NCBI GenBank assembly: GCA_949358305.1
Contig: OX442314.1
Coordinates: 2,294,001-2,358,000 of the forward strand
DNA from: Strigamia acuminata
Lineage: Eukaryota
Length of the DNA: 64,000 bases
Direction of reading: 5' to 3'
The translations under genes and the position numbers were made by a program. Under the pieces are notes generated by a model that was not told where the DNA came from, searched no databases, and saw only the letters and a list, made by a program, of their open reading frames with translations. Below are positions 37,776 through 50,327 of the stretch, piece by piece. The first letter of the stretch is position 1. The number at the start of each line of letters is the position of its first letter.

Positions 37776-39354
37776 GAGTTTCATTAATTAAGGCAATTTT
37801 GTAATTATGAAATTTATCAATTTTGAACTTTTGAATTTGTCACGTAGTATCAGTTCCACCAATCATGTGCATAATTGCAAAAACAGAAAAGACAAAAAAT
37901 ACACAATCTCAAAATCAAAGGTAGTTTTGCGGTTTTGGCAAAATGGCAGCAGCCAAGCTCAATCCAAGTGGCCATCACAAATTGTGATTAACAATTAGTT
38001 GGCAAAACAAGCTCATGATTTTGCAATTTTGTTATTATTTAAATACTGCACAACTTCCTATCCACAATATTGGGTTTTAGTTGTACCCAACCAATTTTAA
38101 AATCTGATGTAAAATAACTAGTTTTATTTGAGTGATGGAACAAAACTTTTTTTTATAAGGTGCATTTTAATAAACATGTTTCAATCTGCATCAAACTGCG
38201 TCAATCTGTAATCCGATTTGCCTTTTTAACTCAACAATCAGGCATCTCAACAGTGAAATCAAGCAAAATAAGAGAATATTTGTTCTAAATAAAGAATAGT
38301 TTATTGTGTATAAACGCCTGTTTTATTTAATCGCTCAACATAAATTAGCCTAACTAATTTGCATATTTTTCTGCGGAGCAGTTCCGGTACTAATCTGCGT
38401 ATATAAACCCGTGTTTTGTCCAAAGCAGACACTTAAAGTTCAGACTTTTTAGCAATAGCATCACACCTCATTTCAGGCCGTTTTACCGGATTGATAGAGG
38501 ACCGATGCCCGCTCATTTCAACTGTATATCCAAGAGAATAACTGAATAACGTAGAAAATCTACGTTCCGATTATAATTCGTATCAAAGCGAATTATCACG
38601 TGTTTAAACACGAAATATTAACCCTAGACAAACAACAGCCACGTGCAAGGCTAAACAATCAATCGTGATTGCTTAGCAACGACTCGTATCCGCGGTAATG
38701 TATTTTCTCATAAACAACAACCACTAAGTCGGATCACGACACGACATCATGAAAAAAAAAAGAAATCTGGATTCAGAAATCCAAAATGAGACAAAGCAGA
38801 AATTTAAAAAAATTCTTATTGCCTATTGGAAAAAATCACCAAAACCAAAACCAAGTCCTAGTGGAAGCCACACCACGCAGCGAACCACCAAATCTGGCGA
38901 ACGTCACCACCACGAAACAGCTGAGAGTGTATCGGGACAGACTGGAGCAAAGACAGACCAACTCCAGGTACAAGCCACGCGAATATTCAGTGGCCGTTAG
39001 CCTTATTATCATCCATATACAAAAGTGGGACAAGATTATCGGGTTGAAGCTATTTGATGAATGGTATATACGTTCCCGGATACATTCCTTTTGGATCAAT
39101 CACCCAAAATTATTAATTTACCAACGAAAAAAAGCGATAAAGTTTATAACGTCAGAGGGTCAAAATTGAAAAAATTGCACGACCAAGTAAATTAAAGCAA
39201 ATTAAAGTAATACTTATGTTCCTTATTAGATTGAGGATCACCTCTAGTTTTTTTTTCTTCATTTTCTTCTTGTTTAGCACAAAGATGCCTTTAGTGAACA
39301 GTATAAATGTAGACGAGGAAGTACTACTGTATCATACTGATATATTTCATCTCG

Positions 39355-39510
39355 CAAGCAGAATTGGAAGTTTAATCTCCAAGTTTTAAATGTTCCACAA
39401 AGAATTAGAGATCACTTTAGGTACCTGCGAAACAAGAGGAAAATTGGATTTGGTGTAATTTTAATGATTGGTACGGTTGCAATTATTTATGTAATATTTC
39501 TGATTTAATA
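39355..39510 (+). pseudogene. Small ORF family member (RDHFRYLR)
   Basis: WKFNLQVLNVPQRIRDHFRYLRNKR; the upstream part is disrupted. Confidence 0.65.
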
Positions 39511-40740
39511 TATTGTTTAAAATTTAGGTTTTTTCTTGTTGATAAGATTTCAAGACATTTTCAATTTACTGTAATTAACTAATGGGAAATTTGAATCGTT
39601 TAATAAACGGAACTTACGACATCACACGACATCTGTGTTGAATGTTTAAACAACATCATTTCAAAGAATTAAAAAAAAAATTCAGAAACCCACAATTTGC
39701 TACATACAACAATTGACTTTTATAGACACAAGAAAGCACAAGGAGACTAAAAGTGCTAGAAACTCCTTAATATGTAAGCACAAAAATGAACAAATCTATA
39801 CGTGGCTCATTCGTGTTTGAAAAATTCATCAAAAACCAAACAAAACCAAACAATTTAAATTAATTTTGCATTATACTTTGGCTTGTTCAATTATGCGTGT
39901 ATATAATCTTTTTTTTTCCAGCTGCATGTGTCACTGGCCAACGGGATTTAATTGTTAATTAATTACGGTTACAATTAAATAATATTTTTAAAATATTGCA
40001 AACTGCAAAAGGAAGGGAAGAGAGTTACCATAATAAATTTGCAAATTTTCCAATTATGTCAAACAGCAAAAGTCATGACAATTGTTAAATGCTACACTCT
40101 TGCATATGGAGTGCAGTCCTACAAATACCAACCAGAGCTCACTCTTAGCACGACCCAGGGGTTTTAGAAATACCAAAATACGCAATTTTGAGTTGTGCCA
40201 ATCAAAATGGAAATAGATCGTTATCGATTTACAAATGTCTTCTGCGTTACACCGCTGTGACTCATTTAAAGACAAATGCAATTTAGTTTTGCAGAAAAAC
40301 CTTCAAACCCACAATCTAGAATTAAAACAATTTTTTTTAACAATAAAGAATAAAGAATATAATTTTAGTATACAAGTTGAGTGCAGATCATTTGATTAAG
40401 AGCAAGGAGAGGTTCAGTCTCTGGCATTATGACCAGAGATACTTAATGAAAGAGTCTTTCCGTCCTCCTGCTGACAGGTAAGGTTATATAGTTACCTTGC
40501 CGAGCCGTTAGGAGGCGATTTTTCAAAAAATAGCGACCGTCGACCACATTCTCACCAAATTAGAGAGAAAAAGAATAAAAGACTATTACCTGGCTGTCGC
40601 CACAAATTCAAAGAGAGTTAGTTTTTGCAGTCACGAAAAAACAAGTGAAAAGTTCCCGCAGTATAAAAATGTAACCAAATATATATGTATATGTCATTCA
40701 TTACTTTTTTTTATTTTTTAAACGCAGTTATCCTAATAAT

Positions 40741-42327
40741 AGGGGGTTTCATTAATTAAGCAATTTTGCAATTTTGCAACTTTAGCAATTTTGCACTTTT
40801 GGATTTGTCACATGATATCAATTCCACCAATCGTGTGCATAATTGCAAAAACACAAAACAGAAAAAATACACAATCACAAAATCAAAGGTAGTTTTGCTA
40901 TTTTGGCAAAATGGCAGCAGCCAAGCTCAATCCAAGTGGCCATCACAAATTGTGATTAACAATTAGTTGCAAAAACAATCTCATGATTTTGCAATTTTGC
41001 AATTATTTAAATAGTCACATGACTTCCTATCCATCATATTGGGTTTTAGTTATATCCAACCAATTTTAAAATGTGATGCAAAATAACTAGTTTTACAGGG
41101 TGAGTCAAAAGTCTGGAAACACCTTTTTTTCTTGCAAATGACCAAAGATATGTCAATTCTATTGTTGTGGCCATATAGGAAGTCGATGGTAGGCTATTCA
41201 GTGGAAACCTTAAATTTGACCCAGAAGGTCATCTTCAAGGTCATTCACTTTCTAACTTTTAAACCGTTTAAGATACAGCAAAATTTCCAATTACAAAGTT
41301 GTAGAACACGATCGAATTAGTACTATACAATTTATCTTAGACATCTTAATTTAAATGTTTTCATTTTAAAATGAAAACAAATCAGCTGAAGTAAAGCCAG
41401 CCATTGTGACAAAACTTAAATTTCTACTGCAAAAGTACTAAATTTCTTCAATAAATGTATTGAAATTTGCATTATTATGTAAGTAAACAAGTAAAACCAC
41501 TGTCTTTTTTTAATGTCTAAATTATTTTATTTTTATAGGAATAAAAATTTTCAATTTGCTGATTTGTTTTTATTTTTTAAAAAAAAACAATTTTACTTAA
41601 AGTGACTAAGATAAGTTGCATAATACTAATTTGATGGTGCTCTACAACTTTGTAATTGGAAATTTTGCTGTATCTTAAACGGTTTAAAAGTTAGAAAGTG
41701 AATGACCTTGAAGATGACCTTCCGGGTCAAATTTAAGATCACCACTGGATAGCCCACCATCAACTTCCTATATGCCTACATCAATAGAATTGATATATTT
41801 TCGGTTATTTTCAAGAAAAAAAGGTGTTTCCAGACTTTGGACTCACCCTGTGTGATGGAACAAAATTTTTTTTAAAAAGGTACATTTTAATAAATATAAG
41901 TTTCACAGATTGCACCAGAGCCATTAATTGAGTTTCCTAGCTGTTATACAGTCATGGATGCATCAGCATATTAATGATATACAAGGATACAAGTTGGCCA
42001 CTTAGATAGAGCTTGGATGCCTCCATTTTGTTTTGAGTTTCACAAGCCTCAAAATCACTTCTTATCAAAATCACAAAAACTACCTTTTAGATGTTTTTGG
42101 GATTTTGTGTTTTTACTCTCTTGTACTTTATTGAATGTGAATGTGATTGGTAGAACAGATATCACATGGCAATACTCAAAAATCACAAAGTTGTCCAGAT
42201 CACACAATTGCAAAATTGACTGGGTTAATCCAATGTAATCCCATTTTTGGAGGCATCAAAAAATAATGATTTTGTGATTAATGCAAAATCACAAAATTGC
42301 AAAATCATTCATATAATGAAACCCCCT
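40741..42327. mobile_element. MITE with ANT TSD (same terminal motif as 34229), inserted into a small-ORF exon
   Basis: AGGGG..TTTCATTA / TAATGAAACCCCCT termini; AAT TSD (40738-40740, 42328-42330); partial copy at ~37778-38185. Confidence 0.8.
41096..41850. mobile_element. Tc1/mariner-type foldback MITE nested in 40741-42327
   Basis: CAGGGTGAGTC(A/C)AAAGTCTGGAAACACC long TIRs; shares GACCTTGAAGATGACCT with the 26616 element; empty site at ~38120. Confidence 0.9.
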
Positions 42328-42328
42328 A

Positions 42329-42508
42329 ATGAATCGTGTCGAAACTTTTTTTGCTGTCCTTCATCACCAGTGTAGTTCAAATAAAATTTTAAAGGATTAC
42401 TTAAAACCAAAGTTGAGAAAATTTGTAAACGTTAATAGTCAATCAAGAGACCAACTCCAGAACCTTATGACATTACTTTGGCAGGGACAATTTGTCACGG
42501 CCACATAG
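42329..42508 (+). pseudogene. Paralog exon of 8219-8431 (MITE-disrupted gene)
   Basis: MNRVETFFAVLHHQCSSNKILKDYLKPKLRKFVNVNSQSRDQLQNLMTLLWQGQF; first exon at ~40530-40622 (HILTKLERKRIKDY). Confidence 0.65.
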
Positions 42509-43047
42509 TTTGAAATATTCTGTCACATTTTGAAATATTCTCTCACAATTTGAAGTCTTCTGTCAGTTTGAAATTTTCTTTCACATTTTGAAATATTCTT
42601 TCATATTTGGAAATATTCTGTCGCATTTTGAAATAGAGTTTCCTTAATTAACCACATTGCACCCCCCTAGCTGTCCTTAGCCGCCATCTTAGCCGCTTCC
42701 ACACGACTCGAACTTCCGAGTCGTGTATTAAGTTACCTTGGTGTAAACCAATTTACTATGAACAATAAAAACGACGACCAACGAGCAAGAAGATTACAAC
42801 AAAAAATTAACCAGCAAGCGATTTTGGAAGCAAGTTCTTCGTCTGAAGCAGAATCTGAACCAAACCGAACATTAAATGCACAATTTAATAATCCTGAAGT
42901 CACTGTTAACATCTATGAAGGAGGCCAAACTTCCTTTTATTGGTTATTGGCAGCATTTGCTATCATTTTGAGTATTTTTGAGTATTTTTATTTTCGAATA
43001 TTCAAAACAAATGATTATTATTTTTTATTTTTTTATTTTTTTCCAAG

Positions 43048-43263
43048 TTTCCAACATTATCTGTAAGACAGCTAAAAGAACAAAAAGATAAGATTTGGAT
43101 ACAGGACCTACCAGCAACAAACATCACTCGCCAGATGAGAGATCATTTTCGATACCTCAGAAATAAACGAGCAAAATTAAATTGTATCTATTGGTGTGCC
43201 AGAACAACACGTACAATTGATAAAAAGTTAGACGACATTAGCCTGCACCAGCAGCCAAAATAA
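43048..43263 (+). CDS. Small ORF family member exon (RDHFRYLR), open
   Basis: After a pyrimidine tract and AG: FPTLSVRQLKEQKDKIWIQDLPATNITRQMRDHFRYLRNKR...*. Possible first exon at 42758. Confidence 0.6.
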   Translation, partial: FPTLSVRQLKEQKDKIWIQDLPATNITRQMRDHFRYLRNKRAKLNCIYWCARTTRTIDKKLDDISLHQQPK

Positions 43264-44138
43264 ATCAACAAGTTGTATGCATAATTAAATTCTGTTCAGA
43301 AAAACATCAAAAATGTTAATTTTTGTTCTAAGAAACATAACAAACGTTGGCCTTATGGATAAGGTTCATTTTGCACCTTCCTACATCATATGTATACAAT
43401 TAAGTGATTGTCAAGACTCCTCCCAGACAACCGCTCAAATAAATCAGTTGCAACCCAAAATCAGTAGAGTAGACCTAAACCTTCTCAAAGAAGATACAAT
43501 GTCCAGTTGTTAGGAAATCAGAATCAAAATCAAAAGCCTATATTGGGCTTAATAAGAGATATACAGGTAGGTATAGGTAGAGAATAGAGATAGAAGAAAA
43601 TAGCACATTGACTACTTTTCTACAGTAAATTGCACAAGGAAAGAATGAGCGGCGAGGATAAGACAGTCAATCCAAGTTGCCGCTCCAGAAAAGCCACTGT
43701 CGGCAAACATAACAAGAAGAACGACAAAATCGACAGTCGCTCGCCATGAGTGCGTGCAGCTTAGCTGTGACCAGTATAAAAAAATAAATTAAATGTAATT
43801 AATTTAATTTGTTTTGCAGGGCTAAAAATTCAGGCCAAGTCAGGCAAGGGGGTCTGCCATCGAGCTCAACATTGCTGCCACGAGCAGGACGAGCAGCAAC
43901 TAAGAGAGGAAGATGAAATTTGGCAAACTGCGACAACATCAGTAGAGTAGACCTAAACATTCTCAAAGAAGATACAATGTCCAGTTGTTAGGAAATCAAA
44001 AGCCTATATTGGGCTTAGTAAGAGATAGATAGGTAGGTATAGGTAGAGAATAGAGATAGAAGAAAATATCCTTTGTTTATATTTGAATAACTTTTTATTT
44101 TAACTTTAATTTTATTTTTTAATTAATTTTTTGTTTAG

Positions 44139-44350
44139 ACCGAATTGTCGAATAAACGACACCGTCCCATCGAGATTGGAGTGCAGGGATTGGCCGATGC
44201 GTTTCTTTTGATGCGTTTTCCGTTCGACAGTGAAGAAACTCAAGAAAATTTTTTGAGACCATGTACTACGGTGCTTTCGAAGCTAGCTGCGAGTTGGCGG
44301 AGAAAGATGGGCCGTACGAAACGTACGAGGGATCGCCAGTCAGTCAAGGG
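44139..44350 (+). pseudogene. RRM1: Isolated exon of ribonucleotide reductase large subunit
   Basis: [65 protein letters not shown] acceptor upstream, internal deletion/frameshift, no other exons. Confidence 0.92.
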
Positions 44351-45499
44351 CTAAAATAAAAAAAAGGATTGAAATTGAAATTGCCAGTGCGTTTAGTGAA
44401 TTGAAACATTTGATGGGAAATTCGCACACTGACTACTTTTCTACAGTAAATTGCACAAGGAAAGAATGTATCAAGACAGAAGAAAGCTTGAAAACAAATT
44501 GCACAACTTTCGAACTAAGTGTTAAATGTGATTCTAATATTTAGTGCGTCAATACAACAAATTCAAAGGAGAAAGAAAGCCATTTTATATTTGCAAGTTC
44601 ACCTTATAAAAGGGGATTACACAAATCTGGTGTACTAGAAGCAAGGTCCGCAGGGTTAGATAATTAGAGAAGAAGGAGTAAAATACTTGCAGATGGGCAG
44701 ATAGGAGAGAGAAGAGATTTCTTAATCGTGGAATATCATTCTTGTGACTCGTATCCAAGGAAACATGGTGACATGGCCCAATATAAAATTACACCTTGCA
44801 ACAGAAATGTCAAGTACATTTTTTAAGACGAATGATGCAGAAGGTTTGTATATAATTTAAATGTATATAATGTAAATTATATACCAGTACATTTTTTTTT
44901 AGAAGCAGTAGAGAAAATAATGAAGATAGCAGTAAATTTCGACCACATACTTCAACGCCAAAGCGTCAAGCAGACTTCTTACTCAAATACTTAGAGGACC
45001 AGGGGAAAAAATCCGCACAACTGGCCTGAAAAGCAAAAACAAAGACTATTTAAGAAAAATAATAATTGCCTACTGGAAGCTAAAGCCGAAAAAAACAACA
45101 AATCAAAAAGAAAACGATGCCAATGCCACTGCCAACACCACTGCAGTTGCAAAAGAAATCACGAGCAAATCAACAGCAGCAAAGGGCCACCACCAACACG
45201 CTCCTGTCCGTGGAGATCGAATCACCTTTATAATAATTTCAATTTTATATCATTAAATTAAACTACAGTCATTTAAATAGATGAAATGTCTGTCTAATTA
45301 TTGAACCGGTCAAACCATTCGGGGCAGCGCCATCTTTCGTCACGTGAAAGTGATAAGTTGGTCGACCAATGACGAGGGTCGATTCGTTCGCCGTTGGATC
45401 TAGCCAATTAGGGCGCAGCTTTCAACAGATTGGTATCATGTTTTCTAAATTGTCTCTCTCTGCAGCTGAATTCGTTCATATTTCGGAAGAATAAGTTTA

Positions 45500-46500
45500 A
45501 TGATGGAAATCTTCAAGTACTTTGCAGGGGAAGTCTCATTTATAATAATCAGTGAAGTTGTGCGGCAACTTGTAGAAAAATTTTTCAATTGTGTGAATCT
45601 ATTTGCCTGGCTAAGCGATGATGAAAAATCCATCAAGCCGGTTTTTACTGACAAGAAAAATCGTATAATTATAAAGTTTGGCTACAAAATACAACGAAAA
45701 GATGATGACTACCGCAGGGAGGCCTACAGAAGCTTAAGTACTTTTGCATGTTTGACTGCTTTTTAAATTCTTTGTAGAATCCTGCGAAATAGACTCGTGT
45801 GCATCAATATGCATCAATCTGCAATCCGATTTGCCTTTTTAACTCGACAATCAGGCAGGCCAAAAGAAAAAGATTATTCAGGCTGAACAGTGTAATCAAG
45901 CAAAATAAGAGAAGGGTGTCATCATTCATTCACTTAGTAGTTACCAGTGTTAGGAAAAAGAACAGGAAGCACATTGATAGATAGGTAGATAGATGATAGA
46001 TTTTCCACATTTGTTTTTTGTTTGTTATTTTGTTATTCTCAAGTAGAGGAAAAGAACTTCAGTAATCATCTTTCTTAAACCAAAATGTGAGACCATAATG
46101 AGCAAGAACAATATTTCATCAGGACAGAAGGATTCAAAGATAACCCGGAACATGTCCTACTCAAAAATTTACAAAGAAGTAGTGTGGCAGGTGGCTGTCA
46201 ACATTATCACCAACTTGGCTGTAGATTTTGTCGACCACTTTTTTCACCAGTTAAATTTTTTCGAAGAAAATACCGAAAAATTGGCAAAAAACCCAAGCAA
46301 AAATCAAAAAAACAAACAACCAACAAACAAACAACCAAACGTAAACAAGCAACTGTGATGTTTTGTGATTGCAAGGATCGAAGTCTGATAAAGTTAGGGT
46401 ACAAAATTAGAAATTTCAATCCAGAGTTACGTCAGGAGTATTATCGCATTTTTAGTTTGAACAATGTGTTTTTTAAAAAAAAATTTCTAAATTTGTTTAA
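45500..46500 (+). pseudogene. Two adjacent homologous small ORFs
   Basis: FTDKKNRIIIKFGYKIQRKDDDYRREAYRSL vs FCDCKDRSLIKLGYKIRNFNPELRQEYYRIF (the second is frameshifted). Confidence 0.55.
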
Positions 46501-46529
46501 AAATATTTATCTATTATAAATTTAGTTTT

Positions 46530-47250
46530 CAGGAGCCGTTTCGAGTAAACGATTAGAGCCGGTCCCCGAGCAAACTTTGGCCGAAGAAGATATCCAATCA
46601 TTGAATTATCGATTGGTTACGCACCGTAAACCAGTGCAAGTTCCTACCCAAATTATTCTACAAAAGTAGATCGATTTCGATCGTTTCCACCATGTCGAAA
46701 TGGCTTGCTATTATTTTTCTTCTCCTCTTGTTAAATTATTCTAGCGGAGTGCGGGATGCAGATTGCAGCAGCCAAAGATGAAGACAAATTGGTAAAGTAC
46801 ACTTGCTGCATTGAGGACATGCTGCAATGTTCGGAAGGAACCGAAATAAAGCGGATTTTGGACTCACAACTGATGCCGCTCCAAATGGCAGCGTTCACCT
46901 TATTCCCAAAACCGTCGACACTCAGGTGCCGTAAATAATATATAGGTTATTAATTAAATTGGGAAATATTGTGCGCAACATTTTTAGTTTTTTAGTTTTA
47001 CTCTACGCTTTAACCAAACGAAGACATCACGTTTACACCATGGAAGAGAACGAATTAATCAGGTCATTTGCTAGAGCCACCAGATGAACTTGCGGCTACA
47101 TCCCAGAAGCGGCGTGGAAAAGTTTCCGCCGCCGCCACGTAATTTATTTAATTTAATTTATTTATTAATTTTAAATTTCAGTGAACACCACTGATTTTTT
47201 GCTGATTAAAGTTAGAATTAGCAGGTATTTTGTTGTTTGTATTCAGTAGG
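46530..47250 (+). pseudogene. Multi-exon remnant ending in a Myb-like domain
   Basis: Short AG..GT exons; RHHVYTMEENELIRSF...W..F|...DFLLIKVRISRYF with one internal stop. Confidence 0.45.
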
Positions 47251-50200
47251 AGGTTTAACATCCCAATTTCACTTCATGAGTGGGATGACTTTGCTACGCA
47301 CTTTTGGGATTTTTTTTTTTATTATTATTTTGGCTTTATCGTGTGCTTTACATTTCTGTGACCTCTGTGAACCCAAAATCCGTCAAAGTTAATTATTAAT
47401 AATTTGTAATTAAGTTTAGCATGTCTTTGCTAGTGTTAAACTACATTGATTTTATGGACTACATTTGCCGAAATATTTCAAAAGTAATTGCTCGTCCGAG
47501 AGAATTGGAAATATGAAAATAGCAGTTGCGTTTTTGGCAGGCAGCTATGCAATCAGCGTTTATGACTTTAAGATTCTTTTTACACGAGTGTAAGCAGTGT
47601 AAGCACGAAATACGAAACCGTATTTATTACAAAATGCGCGGGCTACTAGCTCATTTACCTAGTGCTTCACTGCAGCACATTAAAAACCGATTGAAAAATG
47701 GCGTTAATGTTTTTCAACTGGTTTTCAATCGTTTTAATCATTTTTTTTATGATTTCTTAAGGTTTTTTTCATTTTTTTTTACTGTTTTTTTATGGTTTTT
47801 ACCACGACAATCAAAAAGAACATCGCCGATTGAAGTCGACGCGTGCATAAGTTTGCAGTATCAGTAACTTTTTCATGCGAAAATTCCGTGTCTGGAGACA
47901 GAACGTAGGTCTGTGCATCGAGTGAATTAGGAAAGAGTTGTAGGAAAAAAAAATACATGTGAGAATTAACAATTGGAGTCTCAAATACAAACCGTTCGTA
48001 GTTTTTTATTTATTCGAGGTCAAACAAATTCAAGAGAGAAGTAAAGAGCCGAAAGCTAAAACTGCAGTGGACATTTCCCAAAGTTTGGCCGCCACCAATC
48101 CGCTGGCAACGACTACAATGGGTTAACAGGCTAAAGGGTTTAAGGAATCTCGACAAAATAAAGTATAAAGTATAACGCCAAACCGAGCCAAAAAAAAGAA
48201 AGCTTCGAAGACCCAAAAAAAGAAAGGAAAAGCAAGCAAGCAAATCTGCTCCTCTAAATACTGTATTCGACAGACCAAGACTGACACAACAAGCAAGATC
48301 TGAGCCAACTTCTTTGGTGAGGCAATTAAGTATTGGAGGTTTAACATCCCAATTTCACTTCATGAGTGGGATGACTTTGCTAGGTCACTTAAAAATAGTA
48401 TCAGCCAAAATTCCAATATCTGAATGGGAAAGCTTTAAAAAAGGCAATAAAACCAGTTTTTTTAAAAATAGAACAAATTAATTATAATTTAGTTTTTCAA
48501 TGGGTCGTCGTATTGAATCGCTAGTCAAAAAGGACAAAGGCTTAAAGATATTGAATTATTGCAAATTACAAGATTAATCAAATTTACAGTACAACTGTTT
48601 GAGAGAACTGTACAGTAATTATAAAATAATAATTCACTCCAAGGCAAAATACTTGCAATAAGATCATCTTGCACAAAAGACCACAAATGAGATGTATTTG
48701 GAATGGTACATTCAGATAAAGAATTTGCAATGGAGAATTTAAAGGAGGAATCAAAACTAAGCACACTCATCAATCAGCATCATGCTACATTTTATATACG
48801 TTGATGATCTACTATTTTCATTTTGAGCAAGGAATGAGTTCGGTTTGAACCATCTAGTCATCATTTCCAAAAGAAAAATTGAAATGTATGGATAAATTTT
48901 AGGATTTGTCACAACAGCATACCAGCAGCAACTCGTCATCGCATCTTGGACACAATTCAAAGGGAAAGGATTTTGGCAACATTGAATTCAAGAAACAGCA
49001 AAAGAAAAAGGGGTTTTCCAAGTGACCATTCAGATAAGAAAAAGACAAGAAAACAATTAAGTGAAATTATTGTAGTGGATAAGCAATTCAAACAGCAAAA
49101 TTCAGGACAATTGGTAAATGCTACTCTCTTACGTATGGAGTGCAGTCCTACAAATAACAACATTATTTCAACCAGAGCTCTTTTAGCAGGGGTGACTACA
49201 AGGAGGTAGAGAGTCGGATTTTATACCCCCACGAACTATAGAATCTCAACATTAATTCTAGAGTGACAAATGCATTTTTAAACTAAAGAAATTTGTAATG
49301 AAATGCAGGCTTAAAACACCAAATCATTGTCACCCATGTATATGTATGTTGTCCTTCAAATTACATTTCAATTATATTAAGGTTAGGCTTAAAATGAAAT
49401 TTAAAATTTCAAGATGCTTATTCACAAATGTAGTACAAACTAAATATGTATGTTTGACAAATAGAAATGGAAATAAAAAAATTAGAAAGGAAATTTGCAT
49501 TCGAAACACACAGAAAATGGAAATGGAACACGGAAAATGGAAAATGGAACGTGAAACAAAAAAATTAAATTTGATATTAACTCATACCAAACCATCCATC
49601 AAAATCCAATGTTAATCCAGTTACTTGGACATGAACACGATCGAAAAACGCGTGGACATTGTGAGAAATATCGAACCGAACCGAAAACGAAGCAAAAACG
49701 AAGCGAAAATGCACGACTCCGAGCGCGGAATGGAACGTACAACACAACCACGTGACTGTTGCTATGCGACGAAAAATGCATCGCTATTGGTTGGAATCAG
49801 ATAGTTAATAACACTTATTCCCACCAGAGCGCAGAGCGGCACTGGTGGGAACAATTTAAGACAAACTGTTGGGGAGCCAATTGCGAAATTCGTCGATAAA
49901 AATCTTTGAGCAACAAGTGCAAGTTATTCATATCTTGGGCCTTGCTTATCTCGTCGTAGAAAAACGAATAAATATTTATGTTGGAAAATTAATAAAAATC
50001 AAAAATAATTCTTGAAAATTAGACATTTTAAAAAAAATTTTAAGTCAATCGAAAAAGTTTGAAATAAGTCGAAAAAATGAGAAATATGTGGGAAAAAAAA
50101 TTAAATAAGTTAAAATAAGTTGAAAAAATTTAAAATAAGTTGAGATAAGTAAAAAAAAATTGAAAAAATTCGAAAGATTTTAAAATGAGTCGAAATAATT

Positions 50201-50327
50201 TGAACAAAATCAAAAAATTTAAAAAAAATAAAATAATTGATCCATAACCATTTGAGAGTGTATCAATCGTATCGGTTGTTCCTCGAGTATCATCTGCTGC
50301 TGTTGCTGGATCTGCGCTTCCTGTTTC

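Noticed and set aside
45850..45935. Minus-strand ATGATGA...CTGA as a C/D snoRNA
   Set aside because: The paralogous module at ~9405 lacks the D box; no terminal stem or recognisable guide.
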